From Takakia lepidozioides (taxonomy: Eukaryota > Plantae > Bryophyta), in assembly GCA_030704615.1 (NCBI GenBank), contig CM060734.1, positions 19,840,001 to 19,904,000 of the forward strand: a stretch of DNA of 64,000 nucleotides, read 5' to 3'. Shown here one piece after another: positions 26,599 through 39,972 of this stretch; position 1 is the stretch's first letter, and the number at the start of each line of letters is the position of its first letter. Both the position numbers and the translations under genes were made by a program. The notes under the pieces were generated by a model. It was not told the origin of the DNA and did no database searches. It saw nothing but the letters and a program-made list of their open reading frames with translations.

Positions 26599-28742
26599 TT
26601 AGCAGCACTTGGCAAAAGGGCCGGGTGTCCAGTCCAACCTTCAACGCATTTGAGAAGAGGAGCCACAAGCTTTCCTTCGGAGATGGCATTGTACACCTTC
26701 TCAATCTCTTGACCAGGAGACACAGTCCTCAAGCCTGAGAGTAACTGGGTCCCCAAATCTGACCGCACAAATCTGTAGAGAGGGTATGTCCTGCAGTCTT
26801 GAATCCGGTTTGGTACGGAGGAATACCCCTTGTTATCGTAGGCCTCCCGGACCAAAGGTACCGCAATGTTCAAGCGCGTCTTCAATTGCGATCCTGTGGA
26901 ATACAGATGTGGACTCCAATTTCTCGTTCTTGGGGTTTTCAAGAGCATGACTCACCAAGACTTCCCTCAGTTTCTGCATCAGGGGGTAGGTGTCACTGCT
27001 TGCATCATCGATATAGCTGAATACGGGCTGGCGATCCACCAGGCTGAGAAGGTCTTTCTCGCAGAACCGTGATGGCAAAAGTGCGCCGTCATTGCCTGTG
27101 AAGAGCGTCTTCTTGGCGACCTGGGAAACAATTTGCTTGACTGTTGTCTGCATTGTCTCCTCGATGTGGCGCAGGTCAATGGCCTGGCAGAGACCCACCA
27201 AGAAAGTGGAGCTCATGAGCTTGAGAATCTCCATAGATTCCTCGGTCTTTCTTGCAGACACTAAGCCTAGTGAGTTGACATCCTGGTTGTGCTGTTCAGC
27301 GCTTTGTACATGGGTGGTCACTGGGTTGGCTAAATAATTCAATTCTGAGAGGTATGAAGCCATGGCTATCTCCCCGCCCTTCATTCCGTAGTCCAGACTT
27401 GGGTTAGGTCCTCCACTCAGGTTTGAAGGAAGCCCGCTGTTGTAATAGTGGTTTACAAGCTCAGAGAACTGTGCAAACATAAGCTTCCCAATCGCAGCGA
27501 TGGCCAACCGCATGTTGTCCATGGAGACTCCAATGGGGTTCCCTGGAAGTTCCCGCCATGAAGGGCCCTGTCCCCGGCAGCATCGATGATTGGGTTGTCG
27601 TTCACTGAGTTGATTTCTCGTTGAATGGCATGTGTGGCATTGCGAATGACCTCCACCTGTGGGCCCAGCCATTGTGGGGAAGCGCATATCGATCCTGCTT
27701 GGGTTTCTTCAAAGGGTCGGTCTCATGCAGTTTCGCTGCTGCCTTCATGTATAAGCTTCCGTCCAGCACCCACTCCATAACGGCAGCCGCCTCCATCTGG
27801 CCTGGGTGGTGCTTAAGTTTGTGCGTCAAGGGGTCAGCAAACTCAGGCTTTCCTTGCATCACCTCACAGAACAGAGCTGAAAGAACCTCAGCCAATAAGA
27901 CCATCACATTGGCGTCAAAGCAGACAGTGGAGGCCAAAGCTGACCCCACCGCTGTTCCATTGACAAGGGCCAGGCCTTCCTTTGGCTGCAATCTTCTCAA
28001 CCCCAGCGAGTCTAAGAGCTTCCAAGGCTGACACCTCCTTTCCGTCGGCCGTCACTGCCCTGGAGTTGGGTCTATTCGTAAGCAGCCCCGCGATGTAGGA
28101 CAATGGAACAAGGTCTCCTGAAGCAGTGATGGTCCCACGCAGTGGCAGCTTGGGTGTCACATTTGCATTCAGAAGCTTTTCCATGGCTTCCAGGATCTCC
28201 CACCGGATGCCTGAGAATCCCTGCATCAAGGTGTTGGTGCGCACAAGCATGGCCGCCCGGGTGGTGCACGCCGGAAGGGTGTTGCCCTTGCCCAAGACCC
28301 CTGCATTCAGAAACCTAATGAGCTCTCTCTGAAGCTCCACCCCTTGCTGGGTACGCCGATGAGAAGTGGCTCCAAAACCTGTGGTGACGCCATAGATATC
28401 CCCACCGTTCATAATCTTCTGGAGAACCCAGTTGGAGCTTTCATCCACTCGGTTCTTGGCATTGGCAGCATCCAGCACCACTCTCACTTCAGGTCGGCGG
28501 GCCACGGCTGCCACTTGAGCTACCGTCAACGTCACCCCTTCAATTGCTACTTCGATTGCCTCGTAGAATGTTTTCACCATATCTTTGACCTCGTCTAGAT
28601 GATTTCCTTGCATGGCTGCAGCTGCTCGGCCCCAGTTTAGAGGGTCAGAATTCTCCGGGACCTTTGTGCAAAACGATTCCAAACTAACAGCTTCGATGCC
28701 ATTGCTTTTGACGGTCACCTCAGTTACGTTGGCCATCACCAT
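26599..28742 (-). pseudogene. PAL: Phenylalanine ammonia-lyase pseudogene (intronless, five frameshifting deletions)
   Basis: Full-length match to the + strand PAL, split over ORFs 27915-28742, 27602-28000, 27453-27656, 26833-27687 and 26580-26948. Deletions of about 8, 7, 1, 14 and 1 nt near 27992, 27681, 27535, 26886 and 26628. Ancestral stop at 26601-26599. Confidence 0.92.
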
Positions 28743-31700
28743 CCTCGCAGGTAGAGAAATGAGAAAGAGGGAAGAGATCTCAAAGAGCTTATGAGACGAA
28801 AGAAATGAGAGATAGAGGACTGTGTGTGCTACAGATCACAGAAGGGAACTCCACGATGGATGGAACTCCCGGTGAGATTCACGACCGGTAATTGATCAGT
28901 CTTGTTGAAACTGGAAACCTGTACTTAAGATGAGGTGTGTAGTTCTAATCTTTAGTATGTGGTGGAGTAGTCAAGTTGGAGAAGCTGGTAGAGGATATCT
29001 AGAAGCGTACACTGCAATCCGGAGGTCGATCAGATAGCAATTGATGAGAATGAGAGAAAGAGGAGCTGTATATATAAGCAGTCTTCGGAGCAATGTGGGA
29101 CCCACGAGCCACTGGGAGCCTCGCGGCTGGAGTTGCCAATATGCACATGTAACTGAGCTGGCCCGCGTCGCCATAGCTTGACCAAGTCATGCAATGTTGA
29201 AGAATTGGTGTACAGTAGAGTGTGTACTGTATTGTAGGCCTATCTTTGCATCTCACAAGTTAAGTTTAGCTCAGTAGGCAGCAGGAGCCTCGAAAAATGC
29301 AGCAGGCCCTGTTGACCTCTCTGCAGAGCATCTTGGAAGCGGAAAACATGACAACCGCGTGTTGCAGACCGTGAGGGCGACTTCCTTTGACTAAACTCCC
29401 TCCTCCGTTCGGCCAAATAAACATGAGCACGTTGGCCAGCATTTTGAATTCTCGCAGGGAAATAATTATGGCTAGAACTGTATATTTTGAATTTTGTTTA
29501 ATATAATTTGAATATCAAACGGTCCGATTTGGAGACGTGACTTCCAAGAGGCGCTGTTTTTTTTCAAATCCCTGCGACAGCCCCATCCGTGATCTGCGAC
29601 GTGGAGATCGTACTTTTATATTTGAAGAGCAATTTTACTTATCGCGATAGTTTAGCAACGACAGCAGGTGTTAGCTTAGTAGTGCATCTTCGTGAACTCT
29701 ACTCTGAACAACATTTTGCAGTGCGATGTCAAGGCGTGGTGTCATAGAAAACCGACAGCACAGTCTGGTACTTTGTATGGCTACTTAGAACTTTTACTGT
29801 TATTCAAATTGGTTTTGAAAGAACCTGCAACCAGCTGCCGTCGTCGTCCTGCACTGACCTGCATGTTGTCAGTATATTGTAGGTTCATTCTTTGTCTGAA
29901 GGAGGTAAAACATGCCATGAAAGCTACAAATACAGGTAGAGAAGGCTATAGCGGAAGACTAGCAGACAGCACGATGAAATCTCGATGACTCCCACCTGAG
30001 TGCTTTTGAGTGGCCAAACCCAGCTACTGCTTGCCTCTCCGTCTGACGTCTCTCTCTAGACTCTGATCCCACATATTTCGACAACGATCGATGGACACTG
30101 TGTACGTCTATTTCCATCTCACTTAAACTCAGGGGACGCCAGTGAAAGAGCTCAACATTTTAAAATCCTTGTAATAGTCTAGAATGTTTATGGGGCATTC
30201 ATCAAGTTTTCAATATTTGTTGCAGTTGGCATGCATGTAAAGTTGTACTATTTGGTTGTGCTGAGTGAATCTCCTCCTTTACTTTCTCCTGCGGGGTGAA
30301 GTTGTATTATTGTGACTTGAAAATGGTTAGATTGATATTGGAAATCGATAGGTACAACATTTCCTACCAGCCTCCGCACGTCATCTCCAAATTTAATTTC
30401 ATGTGGCCAACAGCGAGATGATATCTTCGAACAGCAGGGTCTCGCTTGGTATCCTCATCAATCAAGAACTTTAGCGAGCCTGAATTACTGACCAGCGGAT
30501 AATGATATCGTTTGAATATAATTGTGTGCCTGCCGACCTGCACAATCTATAGTAAATCGAGTAGTAACGGCTACTTAAAAATATACCACCAGTCTTGCAT
30601 CGGGTTCGGCAGTGAGGTCAGTGGTAATTTGCAGAACTTGGACCTGATCAGGAAAACGTGGTCCGATGACCTTTTTCTACAGGACAACGGGTCCAATCAT
30701 GTGCCGTTTGACAGCATGTGAGTTGTTTAGAAAATAGTATTATGAGACCCACTATAATCCTGATACACTTTGAAGTTCAAAGCTTTATAAGCAACCTATG
30801 ACTGATCATGGTCCAAAAACAGTGTTGTATCTGATATACGTATAGCTAGTTGTAATGAGTCCCAGTGCTTTATTTATGGGGAAAATACTTCACCGATTGA
30901 CCACCTAAAGTCCAATCCAGGCTTTGGAGTCCAATTATAGCCCGTTCCACTTCTTATCTAGAAAGAAGTCGAAATAAGAGACTCGTGATCAATACACTTT
31001 AGGTTCAAAGATTAGATGTATAATTCATACTGGTCCAAAAGCATTCTTGGTCATATATCATCAAAAGGTAGAAATCGTTTTAGGCTCAAAAAGTACTCAT
31101 GTATTATACTTAACTGTTTTAACGTTACATCTGGAGTTCTTGTCGCTTTTGAAGTTAGACTGACTTATTCCATGATGGAGTATACATGTCAGAGGCCAAC
31201 TAGCTAGGTTACATTAGGATTCAACATAAACATGCCGTTGGCCAACTTGTTCTTACTGCGTATAACTATTTAGGGATGGATAGTGACACTATCATTTGAA
31301 TTACCAGCTTCCCGCCAGCGCCCAGCGAGATCATTTGCGAGTTGTTCAAATAGTATTTAGGCTTACTACAGGGAGTTTTTGGACTGAGACTTTCTTGCAT
31401 GTTTTGACGCCTTCTGGTGGAAATGCCATCGTAAAGTGAACTCATAGCATTTTGCTTTTCTAGATTGTACTCTTTCGCTTTCTACAGTTCTGACGTTCCT
31501 ATAGATGCTATCGACTGAATCGAACTACCTGAACATTTAATCACAAAGAGGAAAGTTATGATCACTAAACTGTAATCTTAGTAATCTGATCTCATATTTA
31601 TTACAATTTCCTTCAGTAGTAATAAGTTCCTACGTCCTCAGACTTTGTTAAATTAAGAATTGTTCCCTCCATACCATTCGATGTCCAACTAGAACCAGTA

Positions 31701-32328
31701 TTTGGGCCTACTAAAGTTGAATTCTGTTTGTTTCAGATCTACTGCAGCCTAAGGAATGGATACTGCACTGTATCATGTTCACCAGTCCTCCTACTCAAGT
31801 ATATGCAATGTCTTCTCCGTCTCCACAACCAATATTATACTTTGAATCCCACAGTAACCTAACATCACAAAAGTATGTACCTCCCCATTATCTGTATATC
31901 GTAGTAAGCAAAGCACGCGATGAGTGAGGGATCCATCCATAGTCCAAGTGTGCAGGCTGCGCTGAGGGGGGTAAAGGGTCGAGGGTGCAGAGCAAGCGAG
32001 GCGGAGAGAAGGCGGCCAAAGACTCGATGTGGCAACGCGCAGTCAACGGAGCGCTGATCAGCGACGATCGTTGACGGATCCGTTGAGCTCTCCCACTTTT
32101 CAGTTTTTGCTTAATTATTTAATGATTTGCTATTATTCTATTATAGTATATCAGCGCACACTTGCTTGACCGCTACGCAATATTGAACTCATTTTGGATG
32201 TAGCATCCGCAGTCCTGGATGAGGAACGGGCTGCGTGGATGATATTGACCCCGCGGATCGCAGAGTCAAAGAAGGCGCTCGGGGGCTGCGTCGTTGGCGG
32301 CCCGACTGCTTTCTCACCGTCGTCACTT

Positions 32329-32334
32329 TATAAA
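32329..32334 (+). promoter_or_regulatory. Candidate TATA box of the intact PAL
   Basis: TATAAA about 230 bp upstream of the likely start, followed by a CA/CT-rich leader. Confidence 0.4.
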
Positions 32335-32556
32335 CACCTTCGTCGCGCTGCTCTCAGGATCACAGCGGCAGCCTCATCTGTGTGCCTACTACTACACACA
32401 CACACACATTTGCAGTCTGCATCTTCTCCCTTCCCCTCCTTTCTGTCTAGTTTTCTACACCTCGATTAAGAACACAAGTGCTACAGTTGATAGATGATCA
32501 CCTCCTGTCGCATTGCACACCACAGAGACAAAGCTCTTCAATCTCTAGCGAACAGG

Positions 32557-34710
32557 ATGGTGATGGCCAACGGGAATACCGTGAAATCCGTGCACCACGC
32601 TAATGGGGATTCTCTCTGTACCACGGTTCAGATTTCGGACCCTCTGAACTGGGGGCGCGCAGCTGCAGTCCTGCAAGGCAATCACCTGGACGAGGTTAAA
32701 GATATGGTGAAAACGTTCTACGAGGCAACCGAAGTAGCCATCGAAGGAGTGACGTTGACGGTAGCTCAAGCGGCAGCAGTGGCCCGCCGACCTGAAGTGA
32801 GAGTGGTGCTGGATGCTGCCCATGCCAAGAACCGAGTGGATGAAAGCTCCAACTGGGTTCTCCAGAAGATTATGAACGGTGGGGATATCTATGGCGTCAC
32901 CACAGGTTTTGGAGCCACTTCTCATCGGCGTACACAGCAAGGGGTGGAGCTGCAGAGAAAGCTCATTAGGTTTCTGAATGCGGGGGTCTTGGGCAAGGGC
33001 AACACCCTCCCGGCGTGCACCACCCGGGCGGCCATGCTTGTGCGCACCAACACGTTGATGCAGGGATTCTCAGGCATTCGGTGGGAGATCCTGGAAGCCA
33101 TGGAAAAGCTTCTGAATGCAAATGTCACACCCAAGTTGCCACTGCGTGGGACCATCACTGCTTCAGGAGACCTTGTTCCCCTGTCGTACATCGCGGGATT
33201 GCTGACTGCCAGGCCCAACTCCAGAGCCGTGACCGAGGACGGAAAGGAGGTGTCAGCCTTGGAAGCTCTTAGACTCGCTGGTGTCGAGAAACCATTTGAA
33301 TTGCAGCCCAAGGAAGGACTCGCCCTTGTCAACGGAACGGCGGTGGGGTCAGCCTTGGCCTCCACTGTCTGCTTTGACGCCAATGTGCTGGTCGTACTGG
33401 CGGAGGTTCTTTCAGCTCTCTTCTGCGAGGTGATGCAAGGAAAGCCGGAGTTTGCTGACCCTTTGACACACAAACTTAAGCACCACCCAGGCCAGATGGA
33501 GGCGGCTGCCATTATGGAGTGGGTGCTCGACGGAAGCTCCTACATGAAGGCGGCAGCAAAACTGCATGAAACTGACCCGCTGAAGAAACCCAAGCAGGAT
33601 CGATATGCGCTACGTACTTCGCCACAATGGCTGGGCCCGCAGGTGGAGGTCATTCGCAATGCCACACACGCCATTCAAAGAGAAATCAACTCAGTGAATG
33701 ACAACCCAATCATTGATGCTGCTGGGGACAGAGCTCTGCATGGCGGAAACTTTCAGGGAACCCCCATTGGGGTCTCCATGGATAACATGCGGTTAGCCAT
33801 TGCTGCGGTTGGGAAGCTCATGTTTGCACAGTTTTCTGAGCTAGTCAACGACTACTACAACAACGGGTTGCCCTCAAACCTGAGCGGGGGCCCTAACCCC
33901 AGCCTGGACTACGGCATGAAGGGAGGGGCGATAGCCATGGCGTCCTACCTCTCGGAACTGAACTACTTGGCCAACCCAGTGACCACCCATGTTCAAAGTG
34001 CGGAGCAGCACAACCAGGATGTCAACTCGCTGGGATTAGTGTCCGCACGCAAAACCGAGGAGTCTATGGAGATTCTTAAGCTCATGAGCTCCACGTTCTT
34101 GGTGGGTTTGTGCCAGGCCATCGACCTCCGTCACATTGAGGAGACCATGCAGACGACGGTGAAGCAAATTGTTTCCCAGGTGGCCAAGAAGACGCTCTTC
34201 ACACACAGTGAACTTTTGCCATCACGATTCTGTGAGAAAGAACTGTTACGTGTGGTGGATTCCCAACCTGTTTTCAGCTACATCGACGATGCAACAAGCG
34301 TATCTTACCCCCTCATGCAAAAGTTGAGGGAAGTGTTGGTGCAATATGCTCTCGAAAACCCTAAAAATGAGACACTGGAATCCACCTCTGTATTCCACAG
34401 GATTTCCATCTTTGAAGAGGAGTTGAAGACATCCCTGAATGCAAAGGTACCTCTAGTCCGTGAGGCCTACGATAACAAGGGATACTCCCCAGTGCCTAAC
34501 CGGATTGAGGAGTGCAGATCTTATCCTTTCTACAAGTTTGTGCGGTCAGAGTTGGGCACCCAGTTGCTGTCGGGTTTGAGAAGTGTGTCTCCTGGCCAAG
34601 AGATTGAGAAGGTGTATGTGGCCATCTCAGAGGGGAAACTAGTGGCTCCTCTTCTCAAGTGTGTTGAAGGCTGGACTGGAACTCCGGGGCCTTTCGCCCA
34701 TGGCTGCTAG
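32557..34710 (+). CDS. PAL: Phenylalanine ammonia-lyase, intronless, ~717 aa (ORF open from 32494)
   Basis: [22 protein letters not shown] (Phe at the substrate switch, so PAL not TAL), MIO-forming ASG (33160-33168), [33 protein letters not shown]. Start chosen to match MVMAN of the paralogue. Confidence 0.97.
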   Translation: MVMANGNTVKSVHHANGDSLCTTVQISDPLNWGRAAAVLQGNHLDEVKDMVKTFYEATEVAIEGVTLTVAQAAAVARRPEVRVVLDAAHAKNRVDESSNWVLQKIMNGGDIYGVTTGFGATSHRRTQQGVELQRKLIRFLNAGVLGKGNTLPACTTRAAMLVRTNTLMQGFSGIRWEILEAMEKLLNANVTPKLPLRGTITASGDLVPLSYIAGLLTARPNSRAVTEDGKEVSALEALRLAGVEKPFELQPKEGLALVNGTAVGSALASTVCFDANVLVVLAEVLSALFCEVMQGKPEFADPLTHKLKHHPGQMEAAAIMEWVLDGSSYMKAAAKLHETDPLKKPKQDRYALRTSPQWLGPQVEVIRNATHAIQREINSVNDNPIIDAAGDRALHGGNFQGTPIGVSMDNMRLAIAAVGKLMFAQFSELVNDYYNNGLPSNLSGGPNPSLDYGMKGGAIAMASYLSELNYLANPVTTHVQSAEQHNQDVNSLGLVSARKTEESMEILKLMSSTFLVGLCQAIDLRHIEETMQTTVKQIVSQVAKKTLFTHSELLPSRFCEKELLRVVDSQPVFSYIDDATSVSYPLMQKLREVLVQYALENPKNETLESTSVFHRISIFEEELKTSLNAKVPLVREAYDNKGYSPVPNRIEECRSYPFYKFVRSELGTQLLSGLRSVSPGQEIEKVYVAISEGKLVAPLLKCVEGWTGTPGPFAHGC

Positions 34711-37149
34711 ACATGTAGAACCTTCCAACTGCATCCACCAATAGTAGTGTCTGCCTAAGGAAGACGTACGAAAAGATTTTGTGATGCTGCAGTGCGGGCA
34801 GGCTTGCACGCATATTAGGTAGAGGAACTCTGTAGTTGTAGTCTTGCGATGGAAAGTAAATCTATCTGGTCTTGATTCAGACCAAAGTTCATGTACAACT
34901 TCCTTTAGTTCTAGCTAGGCCAGCCTCTGAATTCTTGTGTATATAATTTATGATAGAAGTCCTGATCTGATTCGAACGATGTTCATGAATCTAAAACACC
35001 ACTTAGCGTTATCAAGCGCAATGTACAATGAGTTCACCTTCCGCTTGGAAGACATTCAATCGTGGGACGAGGTTCCAAATTTCTTACAAAATGTCATATA
35101 GATAATTAATCTGAGGTCATTCTAGCAAAGTTTTTGCGCATGTTCCTTGAGATCACCAAACATAATCTCATGCGGAGATTCTGGGTTTACATTCTAACAT
35201 TGAGTCTTTTGTACGGCCTTAAATTTGAATCACTTCCACTTGTTAACAGTAAATACAATCACGAGTAAGAAAGTCTGACCAGCCACTGATGAGGTGAAGG
35301 ATGGCTTGATTTGAAGACCAAGTTAGCTATAATACTTTTGGATCACTTTGGAAATCAGATCATAGTAAGTGAAGGCCATATAAGGGGGGCAGGTCCTGAG
35401 CGATCCACCTAGAACAGCTGCAATTGAGCGAAACATGCGTCAACGTGCAGACACCGATCCACAGCTAATGAATCCTAACCTGAAAAGCCTTCGATAAATA
35501 TTTCGTATCCGTCTCTGGTAATATACACTTGACGGGATCCTCAGTGGACATCATGGCACTATCTTAAGTCACGTTTGATCTAAACCATGTTGAATATATA
35601 TACGTCGACAATACTACATGGAAACAAAACTCACCATTGTTCATAAATACATGTATGTTCTCAGTTCTAAGTTTCTGAATGTACATCTCTGTGTTTCCGC
35701 TAGCTAGCTCGTACTAGGCTTTTTGAGAGAAGAAAACTCCACATGAAGGCGCTGGCTGTTTCATGTATGTTGGCGATCCGAAGGAAGAGCAAGGTTGTTG
35801 CAGTCAAGATGTCCTAGCTCCAGATTTTTGAACAGTTTTCACTGGGGCCTCACTGTTGTAAGTTCCCAGAATCTCTTCTCTTGGGCATCTGAAGATTTTC
35901 AGTCGCGGAAAGGGATTCAAATGTTTGTACTCAAATCACCGAGGGCCGTCAGGCTGATCAGGTGTTGAGTACTCACCGTAACTGAGGCTTCCAAATCTAG
36001 GTATTGGAACTCTTCATACCAGGCTGGTTTTTCATACAAAGTGTTGTTACTTGATACCATTGCTTTTATACCAGAGGAAACCCAATTATACCATAACAGC
36101 ACTAGTATTGTACAATTATTACAAAATTCCATTATAAGGCTAAAACCCAAAACCCTAGACTGTGCATTTGGAAGTTAGAATGTACAGAGGAGTATGTGCT
36201 AAGTGCTTTCCCATCCAAAAGGACGATAGTTTAATTTCTGATGAATGAGGGTGACAAGTTAGTGGTGACAAAAGGGCGAAGGGTGTGGGATGGCCTAGGC
36301 ATTGGGATCAGTTGATACATTTAACCGTTGGATGCAAGGGATGAACGTCTGAAGTAACATGAATCAGTTCCGTTCATCATGGATGGACAAGTCAGCAGAT
36401 ATCCATTTAATCATCGCGATGGAGGGTGACCATGAAGTTTGAACCAGTGTTGGTCTGGTATCGCGTTTTGGAGATACCAGGAGGGTCCTGGTAGTATAAG
36501 AATTTAGGGATGTCCCAAACACGGGTATGCGATAATAAAAAAAAACCCGGATTTTGTTACTTGTAGGGTATCAATAATGCTAGCATTTCACTTTTGCAGA
36601 CCTAGTATCAACAAGGGTATGAAAACCTTGATAGCTGCTGATGTCAACTTCGGGTAAAGTATCAAAAATTTACATTAACCACTTTGATTGTTACACTAAC
36701 ATTTGGCAAGGACCCAAGAGCTCAAGTTATGAAATGAACGGATGGTGTTCTGCACTCTGGCCTCCTTGCAAGTTTGCGAGAGTACTCGTTGGAAATCTGA
36801 CTTGTGAAACTTGTAATTGGAAGCAGACATAAGATTAACATGCTTTTTGGATTGGCTGTAGAGGTATGTAGGGTTGCTGCTTTGCTTTGTCGGGTTTTCA
36901 GTTCTGGCATTCTGATTATGACTTCGACTTTCATGCTTGTCACTACTCTGACAATGACAAAGAGTAGAGTCAAGTCAACTAAAGGCAGCAGCTGCAGCTC
37001 GGCACAGTTGATAAAATCAGGCACCTCAACCATGAGCACAGCTTCTGGAAGAGGATCAAGAGAGGGAGTCCACAATGCCTCTTCTGGCACTTCTGGGCAC
37101 GTGAAGATGCTTTGCGGCAGGCAGATTGACAAAGGCTCTACAGACTTTA

Positions 37150-37780
37150 AGCCAATGAGGCATTTCAGCAGATTCATGTATGTATGTCTGTCCCTTGCTT
37201 AAGTGCATCAAGATGGAAGGTCTGGACGTTAGAAAGCAGGTGCACGGTCACATTATCCAAAGTGGATGCACGCCAAATGTTTTTCTACTCAACACCCTTG
37301 TCTCCATGTATGTCAAGTGCAGGAGCATCCTGGATGCTCACCAAGTGTTCAACAGAATGTCTCAACGATCTTTGATCACGTGGAATATAATGTTGGCAGG
37401 AGTTACCAAGCATGGGTGTGTTATGAATGCTTTGGAGACCTATGAGCAAATGTTGCGCGAAGGGGTGAAGCCCAACCACATCACATTTGTTTGTGTTTGC
37501 AATGCGTGTGCAAGCCCGGGAGCTCTCAAAAAGGGCAGAGAGGTCCATGGTGACATCGTCAAATCTGGAATTGTACCCGATGTCATTCTGAACACTGCCC
37601 CGGTGGACTGCATGTATGCCAAATGTGGGTGCATCGAGGATGCAAAGGGAGTGTTTGACAGTATGGTTGAATGAGATCTGGTGTCGTGGAGTACAATGAT
37701 TGCAGGATATGCACAGCAAGGGCGCGGGATGGAGGCTTTGGAGACCTATGAGCAATGATGGGGGAAAGGGTGATTCCCTG
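37150..37780 (+). pseudogene. PLS-class PPR gene fragment
   Basis: KQVHGHIIQSG..NVFLLNTLVSMYVKC.SILDAHQVF..RSLITWNIM..GVKPNHITFV..MYAKCGCIEDAKGVFDSM, then a stop and DLVSWSTMIAGYAQQG. These are P-L-S motifs with stops; no E/DYW domain. Confidence 0.85.
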
Positions 37781-39399
37781 TGGATCAATAGCTATAAGAA
37801 ACCTGCATGGGTAGATGGTCAACAAAAGGCAGCAGCTGCAGCACTGTGTGGTTAAGGTATGGAGTCCCAGTTTCTGCAACTTCATCCTCTTCACCATTTC
37901 CAAGTTGCCTTTTGCTGACCTGTTTTTGCTCTCACTGTCACTCGTAGTCTTGGACCTAGCATTTGACATCCTTTGGTCACGACACTCTTGATGCAGCATT
38001 TCTTTCAAAATGACATCCCCTACTCTCATGATAGAAACTACATGGTGCTCTCTGACCTCCTTCCTTCCTTGTAATCATCAGTAAAGTTGCCGTTCTCTCT
38101 TTGTTGTGCCTGGAATCTCTCTCCCAGTCAGTCTCTCTCACACATAATTGGCCTTGCAGTTCTGCCCTCATTTCTTGTACCCTCTTTCTTGCATGATCTT
38201 GTCCTCCCTCATAACCTCACATGGTGACCTGTCCTTCTTTGCAGCCTATCCATTTCCCCTGGTCACGATCAGATTACTCGTGTGATCATCTTCACCACAC
38301 TCTTGATCTGATTGTCATGTCATTCCATGTCTCACTCACAATCTTGCACTTTCTCTCGCAATCTCTACCCTGCATGTATGTGTCATTGTTCTCCCCATCC
38401 TTGTTTGCACAACCCCATATCATAGATCAGTTTATGTTTCCCTTTTTTGCCCTGGTTTTCAGTCTGGTTGTGCTCAATTTGTTGGTCTTTGTGATGCTTG
38501 TGTGGTATCCTCTTGCAGAATCTGCAAAGACCCTCTTTCCTTCCCTCTATATGTCTAATAAGCATCTTGGTGGCTATGGGTTGGTTTTGGCAGGTCAGAT
38601 GTCTTTGCTGTTTAACTGCCTGATAGTCTTGGCACACTCCAGGTCTGTCATTCCCACTCTCATCTCACAACTATCCTTCCTGACAGGTATGTCACTCCAT
38701 CTCTCACTCACTATATTGTCTTTTTTCTCGCTGTCTTTATCTTTCCAGCAAAGGGTGTTCTGCAAGTCTGGGTTTTTGGTCATTTCCATCTGGTTTGTAA
38801 GACCTTCCATGTTAAGAGCCGGTTTTTGCTCCCTCTATGAACCTTGACATCCAACCTGGTTATGTTCAAGCTGTACATCACTGCAAGATAGGTGTGGTTT
38901 TTTTGGGCAGTTCACACTAACTATGTACTCTTCCCTCGTCCTAATTCCAGTGACGGTGCTAGTGTCCATGGGCTGGTCTTGGCAGGCCTACAGTCTCTCA
39001 CTATTCTCTTGACAGATAGATTCATGAACTCATGTGTTTGTGGTTGTGGTGTACATGCAGTGGGCATAGAGTTACTGCACATTTGTGACCTGGGAACTGT
39101 CTTGACAATAATTTATGACAAGGCTGATGTAAGGCTGTTTGTCATGGCTAGTGAGCCAAAGCAGGAAATTTAATGATTATGAGGGCAACATGTATGTTAT
39201 GTTCACCCCCTTGGACTCTATTTTGAGGAGCCAGATTTTGGGACAGGAGTGCTATTTTGTAAATATGACTGGCAATTGTTTAAGACAAACTCTTTTTACA
39301 TGTAAAATCAGTCCCTTCAGTGCCTTTGTTATGTCCTTTGCGCTTTGTCGCTTTGTTCTTTCCTATGAATGATGGTGGGTTTGTGATTTTCCAAATAAT

Positions 39400-39972
39400 A
39401 TTTCTCAACAACTAATTTGATGCCACGTGTCCAACCCAACAAACCACTCTACAATAGGCACCATGACTACACAACATGCATCATACATTGACACGTGTCA
39501 TATCCTTGAGAAAACACTTGGCAATGAGCTCATATATGCATAGTCGTGGGAATGACTTTAAATACATTTAAAGTTCAAAATAAACTACTCATATGGTGCC
39601 ACATGTCCAGATATTAGCATGGTTGTAGTCAGGATAATGACTGCAGGACCTCCTCATGGACATGCCACGTGGCAGTTTCTGAAGATGTCATATGGCACAC
39701 ATCCACAAAATCTCCTGGACTTATTAAAAAGAGACACGTGTGCAGTTTGCAGCAGCACACTAAGTCTTGTATGGTAGAAGTACATATGACTGCCAAATGA
39801 CAGTGAGATGTATCACTTGGTATCATCTGACTGCAGTCATTCATGACTGACCATCTCGTACTCATTGTATTCACTTGGTTTGCACGACTTGCAGTCAGCG
39901 CAGTCATATGTACCATTTATGACTACGGGATAGTCATATATACAGTCATATATACCGCGATCTGTTGTAGTG
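39400..39972. mobile_element. CACTA element terminus (...TGTTGTAGTG at 39963-39972)
   Basis: Reverse complement reads CACTACAACA. Dense CAGTCAT/ATGACT subterminal repeats precede it, and AAG follows. Inner boundary is approximate. Confidence 0.8.

Noticed and set aside
29300-32200. Hidden gene or RNA between the PAL copies
   Set aside because: Only short ORFs and one small imperfect hairpin (~32040-32085). Nothing supportable.
32494-32556. Upstream in-frame ATG of PAL
   Set aside because: The 21 extra residues have no counterpart in the paralogue, whose ORF begins MVMAN. Use of this ATG is not excluded.
38221-38847. 208-aa hydrophobic ORF
   Set aside because: Pyrimidine-rich strand of a purine-rich degenerate segment. 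No recognisable motif.
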